Shown here: piece after piece, positions 23,618 to 34,239 of the stretch
How the letters are laid out: every line of letters starts with the position of its first letter
Numbering within the stretch: the stretch's first letter is position 1
DNA from: Psammoneis japonica
Taxonomy: Eukaryota
Direction of reading: 5' to 3'
Assembly (NCBI GenBank): GCA_008632985.1
Contig: QPGO01000047.1
Span: 62,001-126,000, forward strand
Length of the DNA stretch: 64,000 bases
Position numbers and translations under genes: made by a program
The notes under the pieces: model-generated
Told to the model about the DNA's origin: nothing
Databases searched by the model: none
The model's input: only the letters and a program-made list of their open reading frames with translations

Positions 23618-26274
23618 ATGGTCATCAACAACAAGGCTCTGCGCCTGGTGGGTTTAGCCACCTGTGCGTGCCTGGCAACTGGGCAGCTCGTCATCAATGA
23701 GATCATGCGCAACCCTTCCAAAGTGAAGGACAGAAAGGGTGAATGGATTGAGCTCTTCAATGCAGGTGCTGCAGAAGTCAATGTCAACGGTTGGACCATT
23801 GAAGATGATGGTGCCAACAAAGTGGTGATTGACAACAATGGTCCCCTGACGATTGCACCCAGCAACTTCTTGGTGCTTGGAAACAACGGCGATGCCGCAA
23901 CGAATGGCGGAGTGAAGATTGACTGCGAGTGTGATGGCACCCGTCTGCAGCTGAGCAACAATGAAGATGAACTTGTCCTTTTAGATGCTTTGCAAGTTGA
24001 GGTTGACTGGGCAAACTTGGATGCAGGGGCCGATGCCACGTTCCCAAACCCTGTCGGTGCGTCTCTTTCTCTGTTTTCCCCCGGCAAAGATGACAACGTT
24101 GGCAGCAACTGGTGCAAAGCCACAACACCTTGTGGCTCTGGCAACAAAAGGACCCCGGGAGCTGCAAATGACTGCAAGCATCTGATTGTTGACGAAATCA
24201 TGAGGAACCCTTCGAAGGTCCAGGACAGCCTCGGGGAGTGGTTCGAAATTTTCAATCCCACCAAGACGACCATCGACATCAACGGTTGGACGATCAAAGA
24301 TGATGGCAGCAACCACCATGTCATCATTGACAATGGTTCTCCACTGAACATGTCTCCTGGTGGCTGCCTTGTTCTCACAGACAACAGTGACCCGGGGACA
24401 AATGGTGGTGTGAAACCGGGCTGAGTTCATTCTGCCGATGATTTGGTCTTGAGCAACAGTCCGGACGAATTTGTCCCAGTGGACAACCTCGGCCTTGAAA
24501 TCAACAGGGTGAATTGGGACAGCAGAGCAGGATCAACCTTTCCAAACCCCAATGGCGCCTCTCACAGCTTGCGCGCCCCCACTTTGGACAACAACGTTGG
24601 GAGCAACTGGTGCGCGGCAGTCGCCGTGTTCGGTGACGGCGACAATGGCACACCGGGAGCTCCTGATGATTGTCCAAAAGCAAACAGACTCATGATCAAT
24701 GAGATCATGCTGAACCAGTCAAAGGTCAAGGATGGCAAAGGAGAATGGCTTGAACTCTACAATCCTGCCCTCAATGAGGTGGACATCAATGGATGGACCA
24801 TCAAGGACAATGAGTTCAACAGCCACGTCATCGAGAATGGCAAGCCTCTTCTTTTGTCACCCCTGGCAGATTCCTGGTGCTTGGAAACAACGGCAACATC
24901 ACTGACAATGGCATTGTTGCATTAGATTGCAACTGTCGCAGTCGTTTGCAGCTGAACAATGGCGGCAACAAGCTTGTTCTCGCAGACAGTCAAGACGTTG
25001 AGGTTGATCATGTGGCTTGGCATGCAGGGTCTGATGACTTTCCATGCCAGAATGGCGCAGCCATGACACTCCGTGATCTGACTCTGGACAACAGCATTGG
25101 CACAAACTGGTGCAGTGCAAACTCCGCTTGTGGCAACAATGGCAACAAAGGAACACCTGGAATGACAAACGTGTGTCCGAATCCCATCATGGGCTAAGAT
25201 GGATCGGTCTCTTTGCAGATTGTGATCAATGAGATCATGTGCAATCCCACTCAAGTTTCAGACAAGTTGGGAGAATGGGTGGAGCTCTTTAATCCCACTG
25301 ACACCAAAGTTGACATCAACGGATGGACTCTCAAGGATGACAGTTTCAACAGCCACAAGATCGACAATGGTGCCCCCCTTGAAATCTTTCCGGGTGGATG
25401 CCTCTTGCTTGGAAACAATGTTGATCCTTTGACAAACAGAGGAGTGACTCTCGACTGTGACTTTCGTGGTGAGTTTTGTCTCAATGACAAGGAGGATGAG
25501 ATTGCTCTCCTGGCCGGGTCCATTGAGATCAACCGTGTGAACTGGAAAACTCATGGGGACAACATTTTTACTGAGGACAAACTCCCCTTTCAATCTGGAG
25601 CATCCTGGGCTCTTCACCACCCGGGCCTTGACAACAATGTGGGAAGCAACTGGTGTGCAGCATCGACCATCTACAGTGATGGTGATTTGGGCACTCCAGG
25701 TGCAAAGAATGACTGCAAGCATGAGGACGGGCCTGCAATCAATGAGATCATGTGGAACCCAGCCGCAACCAGTGACAGGGATGGCGAATGGTTTGAACTG
25801 TTCAACCCAACCAAGACCAAGTTTAACATCAATGGTTGGACAACAAAGGATGATGGCTTCAATCGCCATGTCATTGACAACAGCACCCCCCTCCTTCTTG
25901 TGCCAGGCAGCTGCCTCATTCTTGGAACCAACAAAGACACTGCTGCCAATGGGGGCGTTGCTTTGGATTGTGAGCATGGGAACAAAATCCAGCTCAACAA
26001 TCATTCCAATGAGCTGGTTCTCTTGGATGGTGATGAAGTCAAGGTGGATGGGGTCAACTGGGATGAAGGACTAAACTCCAGCTTTGCCGACCCAACCGGT
26101 GTGTTGCGGGCTTTGCGTGATCCCTTCTTGGACAATGACAATGGAAAGACCTGGTGTGTGGCAACCACTCCATGTGGTGATGGTGATTTGGGCACTCCAG
26201 GAGCCAAGAATGACTGCCCTCCCGGTCACCGAATGGAACAGAAGAAGAGGGGTGGCATCAGAGGATCTCAGTGA
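23618..26274 (+). pseudogene. Secreted protein with five tandem lamin-tail-domain (LTD) repeats, frameshifted
   Basis: Signal peptide, then five repeats of INEIMxNP..GEWxELFN..INGWTIKD..NWC..GTPGAxND. Frame breaks near 24420, 24855 and 25195. Confidence 0.9.
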
Positions 26275-26519
26275 TTGCGCTGCATGTGCTGCAGTGGCAG
26301 AAATGAAAGTGAGGATGCTTTTAAAGAGATGCTGTCAAGTTCTTCAACTCTCATCCTTGCCCAAATGACATTTTCTGGGATTGATGGTGCCAACTGTCAA
26401 TCAACTTATGTGCGAGCACCCCACTCAGAGGAATTGATCATTTTTCATTGCTTTCTTTGCCACTTTGTGTTGCGCGGGGCTTGCCCGCTCCAGGAATGGT
26501 CAATCCCTTGACAACATCG

Positions 26520-27736
26520 TCAAATGTCATGCCAAGCAAGTGCTGCCAACATCTGCCATGGCGTGAAAACCAATCATGCAAGAACATGGAAAGACCATGA
26601 TTGAGATCCAGTGCACGACACAGAGTCCACACCATGTGAATGCCGGTTTCCTCAAATCCTTCACGATGAATCACTTGTTCAAATGTTTCTCCGGCTTCGA
26701 AGCCAGCCAGAGCCGTGTGCATTTTGGGTTGATGGCTCTTGCCAGCAGAGCACGATGCAAACAATGCAAGCTCGCTGTGCTTCTCATTCAGGAGTGGTGC
26801 TTGTGTCCGAGTGTTGGCAAAGCTTCGTGCTGCATCAAAAGAAGAATCATCTTGATCATCATCCAGCTAAACACCGGAGATGGCAGCTGTTGGAAGCGAG
26901 TCCAAGAAACATCTTTTTGCTGTTGTCTGGTGCATCTTGAAGATCAACGAGAGCTGGCTCAGCAGGTGACACAAACAAGTGTTCTCTGCCATGAACAACA
27001 GACATGGCATTTGGCATTGGCTTGTTTCTTGAAGTTTCGGGTGGCTTCTTCATCTCGCCGAAGATGAATTGCCCAATCCAGAGGCATGCTTTTGACGCGC
27101 TCATTTCACTGCTTTCATCCACAGCATCACCACGTGGAATTCCAACTGCATCGGATGTCAAATCGGCATCAGCATCCGCAAGCAGCTGCATGTTCCTCTG
27201 TCAATTTGCGTGAGTCGAGTGCACCACCGTCTGCACCAACAAGCGGACTGATGAGTCATGGTCTTGCCCAGAAATGGCAATGGCCACAAATCCCTTGTCA
27301 AGCCACTTTGTCCTTTTGGTTGAAACTTGGTGCTGGCAGCACTGTTGTCAGCAATGGCACAATCGACATTCATTTGTTTGCAGATCACAAGCGCTGCTTC
27401 TGGTGCCATCCAGTGAAGCTTTGATCGAATGGAAATGTCCGCTTCAATTTCTCTGCCAGGCTTCATTCTTGAAATCAGTGGCACAAGGCCCACATCACAA
27501 TGGAGGAAGAAAGGACTCTAACCATGGAAGATGGAAGATTCCACAGCAGCGATTCTATTTTTTAACTCTTGTTGAGACCATTGACCAGACAACTTGTGAA
27601 CGAGGAGAAGTTGTGAATGACCACCTTGCAACAATGCAGTTTGGAGAAGCAAATGAATTCAAATGTTGCGCTGAAGTGCAGTGCGGGACCAATTCGCAGC
27701 AAGGCCAAGGCAGAGAAGAGTGTTGCATTTGTCATC
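26520..27736 (-). pseudogene. NADH pyrophosphatase (NudC/NUDT12-like Nudix) relic
   Basis: MHTALAGF-EAGETFEQVIHREGFEETGI (Nudix box), then SVSCTGSQSWSF (SQPWPFP motif) and SCMIGF in shifted frames. The upstream limit is uncertain. Confidence 0.75.
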
Positions 27737-30585
27737 ACTTTGGTTTGGTCTTTGTCAGAAACAGCAAGTTTGGAAGTTGTGGCACCAGATGTGGTTGGCT
27801 TGCTGCTGCTGCTGGTGCATGAGAGATGAAAGCGCACATGCAAAGCACACAAATGAAGCACCGGCAACAACCAGACATGCACCATTGGCAACAATGGGCA
27901 CACAAGAAGTGTGCAGCGTTGCATGATGTGGAATGATCGTCTGTGCTTGTCCGCGTCGTGATGGCCAGCCACGCACCGAACCCTCTGCCAAGCAACCCAC
28001 TCCCGGCTTGGGAGGTCTGTGCCAAGCAACCAAGAAGAAGAGATTGGTTGCTCACAATTGCAGCCCAGACCAGATGGCACACTGTGTTCATTCTCACACC
28101 AAACCATGTTCAACTTTTTTGGGTCTTCCATTCTTGCTTGGTGCATGTCCTGCCTCGTGTTGGCAGTGGCAAGTTCTCACTCCCCCAGTGCTGAGAGGTG
28201 TTTCTGGGGTTCTCATTGTTGTTTGCTTTTGTGTCTGTGCAGGGGATCATGTGTGTCTTTGATGCCAAGGCAGTGCTGCAAAGTGTCTGAGGCCCGGTTT
28301 TTCAATGTTCAATGCCAAAGTTGGGCCACACATTTCTGCTTGGTGCAAAACCCTCAAGTGATGAAAATGATGCACACAGCTTTTTTCTTTGCAGCTCTGC
28401 TGCTGAAAATGCAGGGCAGTTGCTGGCCTCAAGAGAGCCGCCCATTGAATTTCACATCAAAGCAAGCTGCCAAGCAAGCTCACAAGGATGGTTTTTGTGC
28501 ACTGTGCACCCCCTGGCACATGTTCTTCACACAACTTGTGCATTTGCACAGAGGCACAGCAGCTTGTGCAACAGCGGACATTGTCCTGAGGGAGAGCCTG
28601 TTGTTGCCAAGCACAATCCAGAGACAGTGTCTTTTTTCCATCCTCGCACCCATCCTTCTTCTGTCTTGCTTTCATCCAGCACACTTTTCAATCTCTTCTT
28701 GTTTGGAGCAGGCAACCAAGCAGAAGCAAAGCTCTTAAAGAGAGCAACCAGCAGATCTTGCCTTTCTGCAAATTTCTCTGCAAGACCCATGTTGTGGCTG
28801 ATTGCAAGGAAATGTTGGTCAACCTCTGTGAATTTTGTGTGCATGAACCATGCTTGCATGGCAGCACTCATGTCGTCTTTTTGAGACTCTTACAAAAAGA
28901 TGGCCATTTTGAGAGGAGAAGAAAGCACTCAAGGAGCATTCTGGGTTTTTTGTCACGAATGAGCCCCTCTTGTCTTCTCCAATCTCAGAGATTGTGCTCA
29001 TGAGGCAGCATCCAAGTGTGGTTGTGCCTTGAGCTGTCTGACTGTCTTTGCCAACACAGGGTTCCTGATGGCTGGTGCCACCCCGGTGACTCTTTTTTTC
29101 CGGGCTGATCTCACCACACAGACACATGGCTTTGACCCCAGGCAGTGCCTGGATCATTTGGATCTTCTGGAATTGCAAGAATGCAGCAACCCAGCAAGCT
29201 CAGTGCAAAGCAAAAAAGATGCTTTCATTTGCACTGGCCTGACATGACAAGCTCAACAAGATGCAAAAACATCACTGCAGCATGCAAAGGAGTGTGCGCA
29301 TCACAACGACTGTCCAAAACACAATCCGAAGACCATGGTGTGTGATGACACCCAATGGGCACTGGGCAGTTTCTGGATGCAAGTGTTGCAGCCACTGGTT
29401 TGAAAGTTGTGAGGAGGCAAGCCTCCAAGGCAAACCGCCTCTCCCGGGTCTTCTGTTTCAGATGACCATCGTGCAACTTTTTGGCTCCACCTGGGCCAAC
29501 TTTTTGTTTCTATCACACATCCTGCTTGCTCCATTTTCATCCATCATGGCTCTCATTGCACATGTTGCCATGTGCAAGATGTTTGCAACAATGCACAAGA
29601 GCCATCCACCTTGTTCATGGTTGGTGTGGTCGAGTCTCTGTCCTGTTCTTCATTGCAAAACATGCACAGTGGGATTTGTGCAGCTTCATGGAAAGGAGTG
29701 CTTGCATCCCACAGCAGTTCATGTGGTGTTAGAGATTGGGGCTTTGGTGCTGTTTTTGGGCCTGCCCACAACAATCCGGCTCGGTTGTCTGGGTCTGCAC
29801 CGCTTCTTTGCACACGTGATTTTCTACTCGCTCGGAATGAAACCGGTTTTTGCCATGGTGTTTCGGATTGTCCAAGGTCTTGCTTTCCCGGACGCTTTTG
29901 CAAACCCCAATGCATGAAAACAGGGACATCTCTACACAGTCCTTGTTGCCTCTATCATCATTGTAATTTATGATGCCTGGACTCTCCGGGGAAAGATGTT
30001 TGAATGGAAGGACCCTGCATTGGAACACTTTCGTTGAAGTGGCATCCGTCGATTCCATTCTACCTTCTGTAGTTTCGACCGCACAAAGCTACGGTAAAAT
30101 GAAGTTCTGACGAATTTAGTAAACACCGAGACTCCATACGCGGCACAGCAGATGATGTTTCATATCATGTCACCCACAGATCAACGAACATCGGCAGGGT
30201 CATCAAGAAAAGATACGACGTGTTCTTTTTGGTGCTAAGATCAAACGCTATTACACAGCCAAAGTTATCAATCCTTTCGGATCATCTCTCTGGGGGTACT
30301 GGGTACTGGTAGGCCCTATGTAGTTCCCAAAGGGGCACGGAGTTCTGACAAGAGGCATCCCGATCACCGCCTTCACGTTCGATGCCAGCTGTCACTTTGG
30401 TTCCACCGAGTATAGATACCAAAATGAAAGCAGGCATAGACTCCGTTAGAACAATGCTAGAAAGCGAATGTGTGCTACCGTACCAATTTGCTCACTGATC
30501 TGGCATGAACTCGCAACCATCAACAACATCGGTACAACGTCCATGTGCTGCGTGGCACTGAAAATTGCTGGAACAATCAGTCACG

Positions 30586-31728
30586 TTAAACTACATGACA
30601 TCCAAGCGCCTTTTGAACAACCTCAATAGCCTTGATTGCCAAGGCATGTGCCATCACTGTTGTCTCTGACTTCAAGGTTGATGCCACGTCATTGTAGAAT
30701 CCAATTTCGGCATCGTACAGATCCGCACCTACAGACGTTTTCGTTTTCGAATCAAAGTTATTTGACATCAACACCGCGTTTCGCAGATAGGCGCGATGAT
30801 ATTGGAAAATAAGCCTAGCAAAAGTCAAGCAAGCGGTCACGTTCGATAGCTTGGACAATTTTGGCAGCGGTTCCGCCAAGTGACTGTATTTCGCCATGAG
30901 AATGGTGGCAAATTGAATAAAACCTAGTAGCAAGAATGCGCCGAAGCAAAAGGACATGTTCCGCGCGACGAGAAAGCCCATCTTCCGCACAGATTCAGCC
31001 TCCTCTGACAGTGATGGTAAAGAAAGTAGTTTAACCTGCCGCTGCGCCTCACGGCCTGTGTATATCCGCAGAATGACACTTCCCAAAAGGGCTACGCTCA
31101 CGGTTACCACAGGACCAACACCGGGTACTATGCTTTCAGAAAAGACAGCCGCGCTGAACACTAAGAGCCAGGCCGAGGGGCGCCATAGCCAGATCATGGT
31201 ATGCTCGGCTGATTTGACATAGCCCAAACTCACGGTATCGGCATCTTTCTTTTTAACGGGACAAGTCAAACGATAGAGTCCAGTGCCAAAGCCGAGTCGG
31301 TGAAAGATTTGCGCTACGGCAAGGACGTGTTGAATTGGAGTTCTGTATCGCATTCCAGTCGCAAAGATTTCGGCAGCCGCATAGACCGCAAAGGACCCAA
31401 AGGCCATCTTGTAGCATTTTTCTACGCTGGCAAGCGCCTTCTTCCGGCTCTCGCGTTCTATATAATCCTCAACCTCCGCGCCGCCGCCGCGTTCCACGCT
31501 TTGCAACAAGGCCAGGCTGCGAAAATTGCCGGCGGCACTCAAAAACTTCTTGTTATGTTCTCGATTTTCAAGAGCCATGGGTTTGCCGCGGGTGACATCC
31601 GAAGGACTAGTACATGGTCGGCCGGCAACATTTGGGGGAGTGGCCGCAAACGCGAAGCCGTGCAGAGGTTTCCAAAGCCAAACAACCAGCAACAAACGCC
31701 AAATTGTTCTGGCGCAGTTTATGATCAT
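30586..31728 (-). CDS. Hypothetical multi-pass membrane protein with signal peptide
   Basis: 380-aa ORF of normal composition with a hydrophobic leader followed by a GFAF motif, and several TM-like stretches. Confidence 0.7.
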   Translation of the reverse strand: MIINCARTIWRLLLVVWLWKPLHGFAFAATPPNVAGRPCTSPSDVTRGKPMALENREHNKKFLSAAGNFRSLALLQSVERGGGAEVEDYIERESRKKALASVEKCYKMAFGSFAVYAAAEIFATGMRYRTPIQHVLAVAQIFHRLGFGTGLYRLTCPVKKKDADTVSLGYVKSAEHTMIWLWRPSAWLLVFSAAVFSESIVPGVGPVVTVSVALLGSVILRIYTGREAQRQVKLLSLPSLSEEAESVRKMGFLVARNMSFCFGAFLLLGFIQFATILMAKYSHLAEPLPKLSKLSNVTACLTFARLIFQYHRAYLRNAVLMSNNFDSKTKTSVGADLYDAEIGFYNDVASTLKSETTVMAHALAIKAIEVVQKALGCHVV

Positions 31729-32142
31729 CGTTCCTGCGTACCTATTTCAATTTGTCCCAGATATGAAATGTGTGCTCTTCTAACCAATTCCAGTTCTTCT
31801 ATGAAGTAAAATGTTGGAGCCCTACCCCCACAGGAGTGAAGTGAACCGTCACACGGTCACAAGAGTGGAGTGCGTGGTACCAGGTGAGTTGATCTCGCAA
31901 GATCAAAATAAAAATCTTGAAATCTATCCGCCCACAACATCAATGACGTCACCAGAATTCCGCGACCCATTCGTCATGCCAAGTCGTGGAGAGTTGTACG
32001 TTACGCAAGCGCGGTCGCGTCTTCCAGTCGTGCAAAACACAAACTGGTGAAAGTGTGAACCAAATCCAAACTGAAGTCGAAACTCGCCACACTCTCAATG
32101 TCTCATTATTCGTAAAAGTAAGGCTTACTCGGTTCCAGCAAC

Positions 32143-33102
32143 ATGAAAGGTAAGAACAATCGGAAACCCCATTGTGGCAAGAGGGAGAATGACGACCTGT
32201 CACGAGCAGAGCATGGTCGTTCAGCCATTGCGCCCACTCGTACAATGGAAAAAACCTCATCCGCTGTTCCCACAAAGAGTAGCATGAACGAAAAAGAGAA
32301 AAACAAGAATGATGGAAAACGTCGCTGCTGTCAGGGAGTTGTCGTCAATCGCATAATTCCCGTTCTCGTCCTTATGGGCGTGGCAGTTGGAACCGTAATC
32401 TTCTTGAAGCATCGGGGACTCATTCTACAAGGCGATACCAACTTGATCCCCATGACAATGGACGAGGTTTCCTTACATGACAGCCCTGAAGACTGCTGGA
32501 TGGTGCTTTATGGCACAGTCTATGACTTGACAGACTACGCTCGTAAACACCCAGGAGGAGCCAGCATCATAACCGATCTTGCGGGAACCGACAGTACGGA
32601 GCGCTACAAAGACTTTCACTCCAAGAGACTATTGAAATCAGTCAAGAATTCGCGTGTCGGCACTCTAGTGGAATCACGTTCTGCGGGTAGCAGCAACAGT
32701 GGAGGAATCAATGACGGAGGTGAGAATTCCGGGTGTACGAGTAAGGAAGATTCTGGAAACACTGTTGAAACCGGGGCAATTAGCATGGATGAGTTTGCGA
32801 GCCACAACACACCAAACGATTGTTGGGTGGCCCTTTATAATACCGTGTACGATTTGACCGAGTATGCCAAGGGGCATCCCGGAGGAGCAAAAATAGTGAC
32901 GAACCTTGCAGGTAAAGATGGAACCAGGTCGTACCAGTCGGCTCACCGGAAATCCTTGTTGAAGACGGCGGAGAAATATATTGTTGGTCCTCTAGTAAGT
33001 CAACGTTCCGGTGGCGCTGATGAATGCAATGGAAATGCACCGACCGGCAGCACTCCTTACGAGGACTATCATGATTGGGATGGCGGCAGTAGTAGCGACT
33101 AG
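32143..33102 (+). CDS. Membrane-anchored protein with two cytochrome b5-like heme-binding domains
   Basis: Two copies of H..P.DCW..LY.TVYDLT.YA..HPGG..I...LAG.D.T..Y...H after one TM helix. Confidence 0.92.
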   Translation: MKGKNNRKPHCGKRENDDLSRAEHGRSAIAPTRTMEKTSSAVPTKSSMNEKEKNKNDGKRRCCQGVVVNRIIPVLVLMGVAVGTVIFLKHRGLILQGDTNLIPMTMDEVSLHDSPEDCWMVLYGTVYDLTDYARKHPGGASIITDLAGTDSTERYKDFHSKRLLKSVKNSRVGTLVESRSAGSSNSGGINDGGENSGCTSKEDSGNTVETGAISMDEFASHNTPNDCWVALYNTVYDLTEYAKGHPGGAKIVTNLAGKDGTRSYQSAHRKSLLKTAEKYIVGPLVSQRSGGADECNGNAPTGSTPYEDYHDWDGGSSSD

Positions 33103-33178
33103 TAAGAGCAGTTCTTGAATACTGTACGAATATGCACTGTATGCTTTCTGCGTTCCATAATAAGATCCGAATGAACCA

Positions 33179-33790
33179 GCAAATGTTGCACGTTGGACCC
33201 CTCAAGGATACAAGTTTTGATTTGAAAACCATTAAGTTCAGAAAGCCTTCTTCAGCCTCTCAAAGGAATATGTTGAACGTCTTCATCACAAAAGCGAACT
33301 TCATTCTGGCACTTTTGGAGAAGGCAAAGATATCGGCAAATTCTGTAGGGCCCGCCTTGATTGGAGCATCTTAATGCGCCGGAACGGTTCATTCAAACTT
33401 CCACTGTGTCACCTTATCCGCCCATATTCTTTCAACGTGTCACCTGAGTATCAACGAGTAGGAGTATGATAATGATAATCTGCAAAGTTCGCTCTGCCTG
33501 TTCACTCTTCCACGAGAATGGGAGCTACCCGCCCCATCAGTATCAGCAAAGATTTCACTCCAAGGCCAGCTTTGGCAGCTCCAGGAAAGAAGAAATTGAA
33601 CAAGAGCACAACTTTACGTCACCCCTTTTATCGATACTGGTGTGTGCCCTCTACAAGTTGTGTGGGTGCGTCACGGGCATGAAACAACAAAGCTCTCGTG
33701 TCTCTTCTGTCAAGATTGCTAGTGGCTCATTGTTTACGGCAATCACATTGTCGCAAATCATGGGCAGTGGTCTCCACTCATTCTGACTTG
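33179..33790 (-). pseudogene. 3' fragment of a DUF4336 gene, paralogue of 51988-52665
   Basis: Clear nucleotide similarity to 51990-52660 (aaatgttgcacgttggacccctcaagg...), with internal deletions and an in-frame stop. Confidence 0.9.
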
Positions 33791-34239
33791 AGCTAGTCCG
33801 CAACGCCACCCGCGGAGGAGCCCCACTGGCCACTTTCGTCTTGCTCCAAAACCTTCTACATAGAATTGACTTCGTCACCGATAGTGATGAACTCCTCTCC
33901 TTCATACAAGGTCTTCTCGCCATCTCCGATTTTAACTAACCTCGTCTGAGGGAAGCCAGCAGTAGCACAGAGCGAGCTATTTCATATTGCAGAGACGCTT
34001 TCTGCCGTTGGTCAGCTCAACATCTCCTCTTTCTTGATCCGGTCGTCCACGGGCTCGACCGCGCATCTGTGCGCGATTCTACCATTTTTTCGTCAACGTC
34101 CGGGGTGCGAAGATGTCCAAGTGTGCAATTAGCGCGAGGACGAGCCGAGTGCTTCTCGTCATCAGACAAAGTATTTTCAAGCTAGAGTGCTTTGAACGGA
34201 TGTCGGGGGGGGGGGGGGGGGGCAACAGGGTGTCAGTAA

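Larger units (their letters stand above)
23400..29930. other. TpA-depleted domain C (CpG partly retained, especially in 23600-24700)
   Basis: TA is rare over about 6.5 kb and abundant again after about 29930 and before about 23400. Confidence 0.85.

Noticed and set aside
23596..26207. Long antisense ORFs over the LTD gene (also over ftsZ, the TPR gene and YIP1)
   Set aside because: Shadow frames of real coding sequence, lengthened in the LTD case by TpA loss.
27840..29930. Possible decayed transposase in domain C (also considered for 44286-45500 and 53830-56330)
   Set aside because: No DDE, RT, integrase or Helitron motif recognisable by eye; needs a profile search after reverting TG/CA sites.
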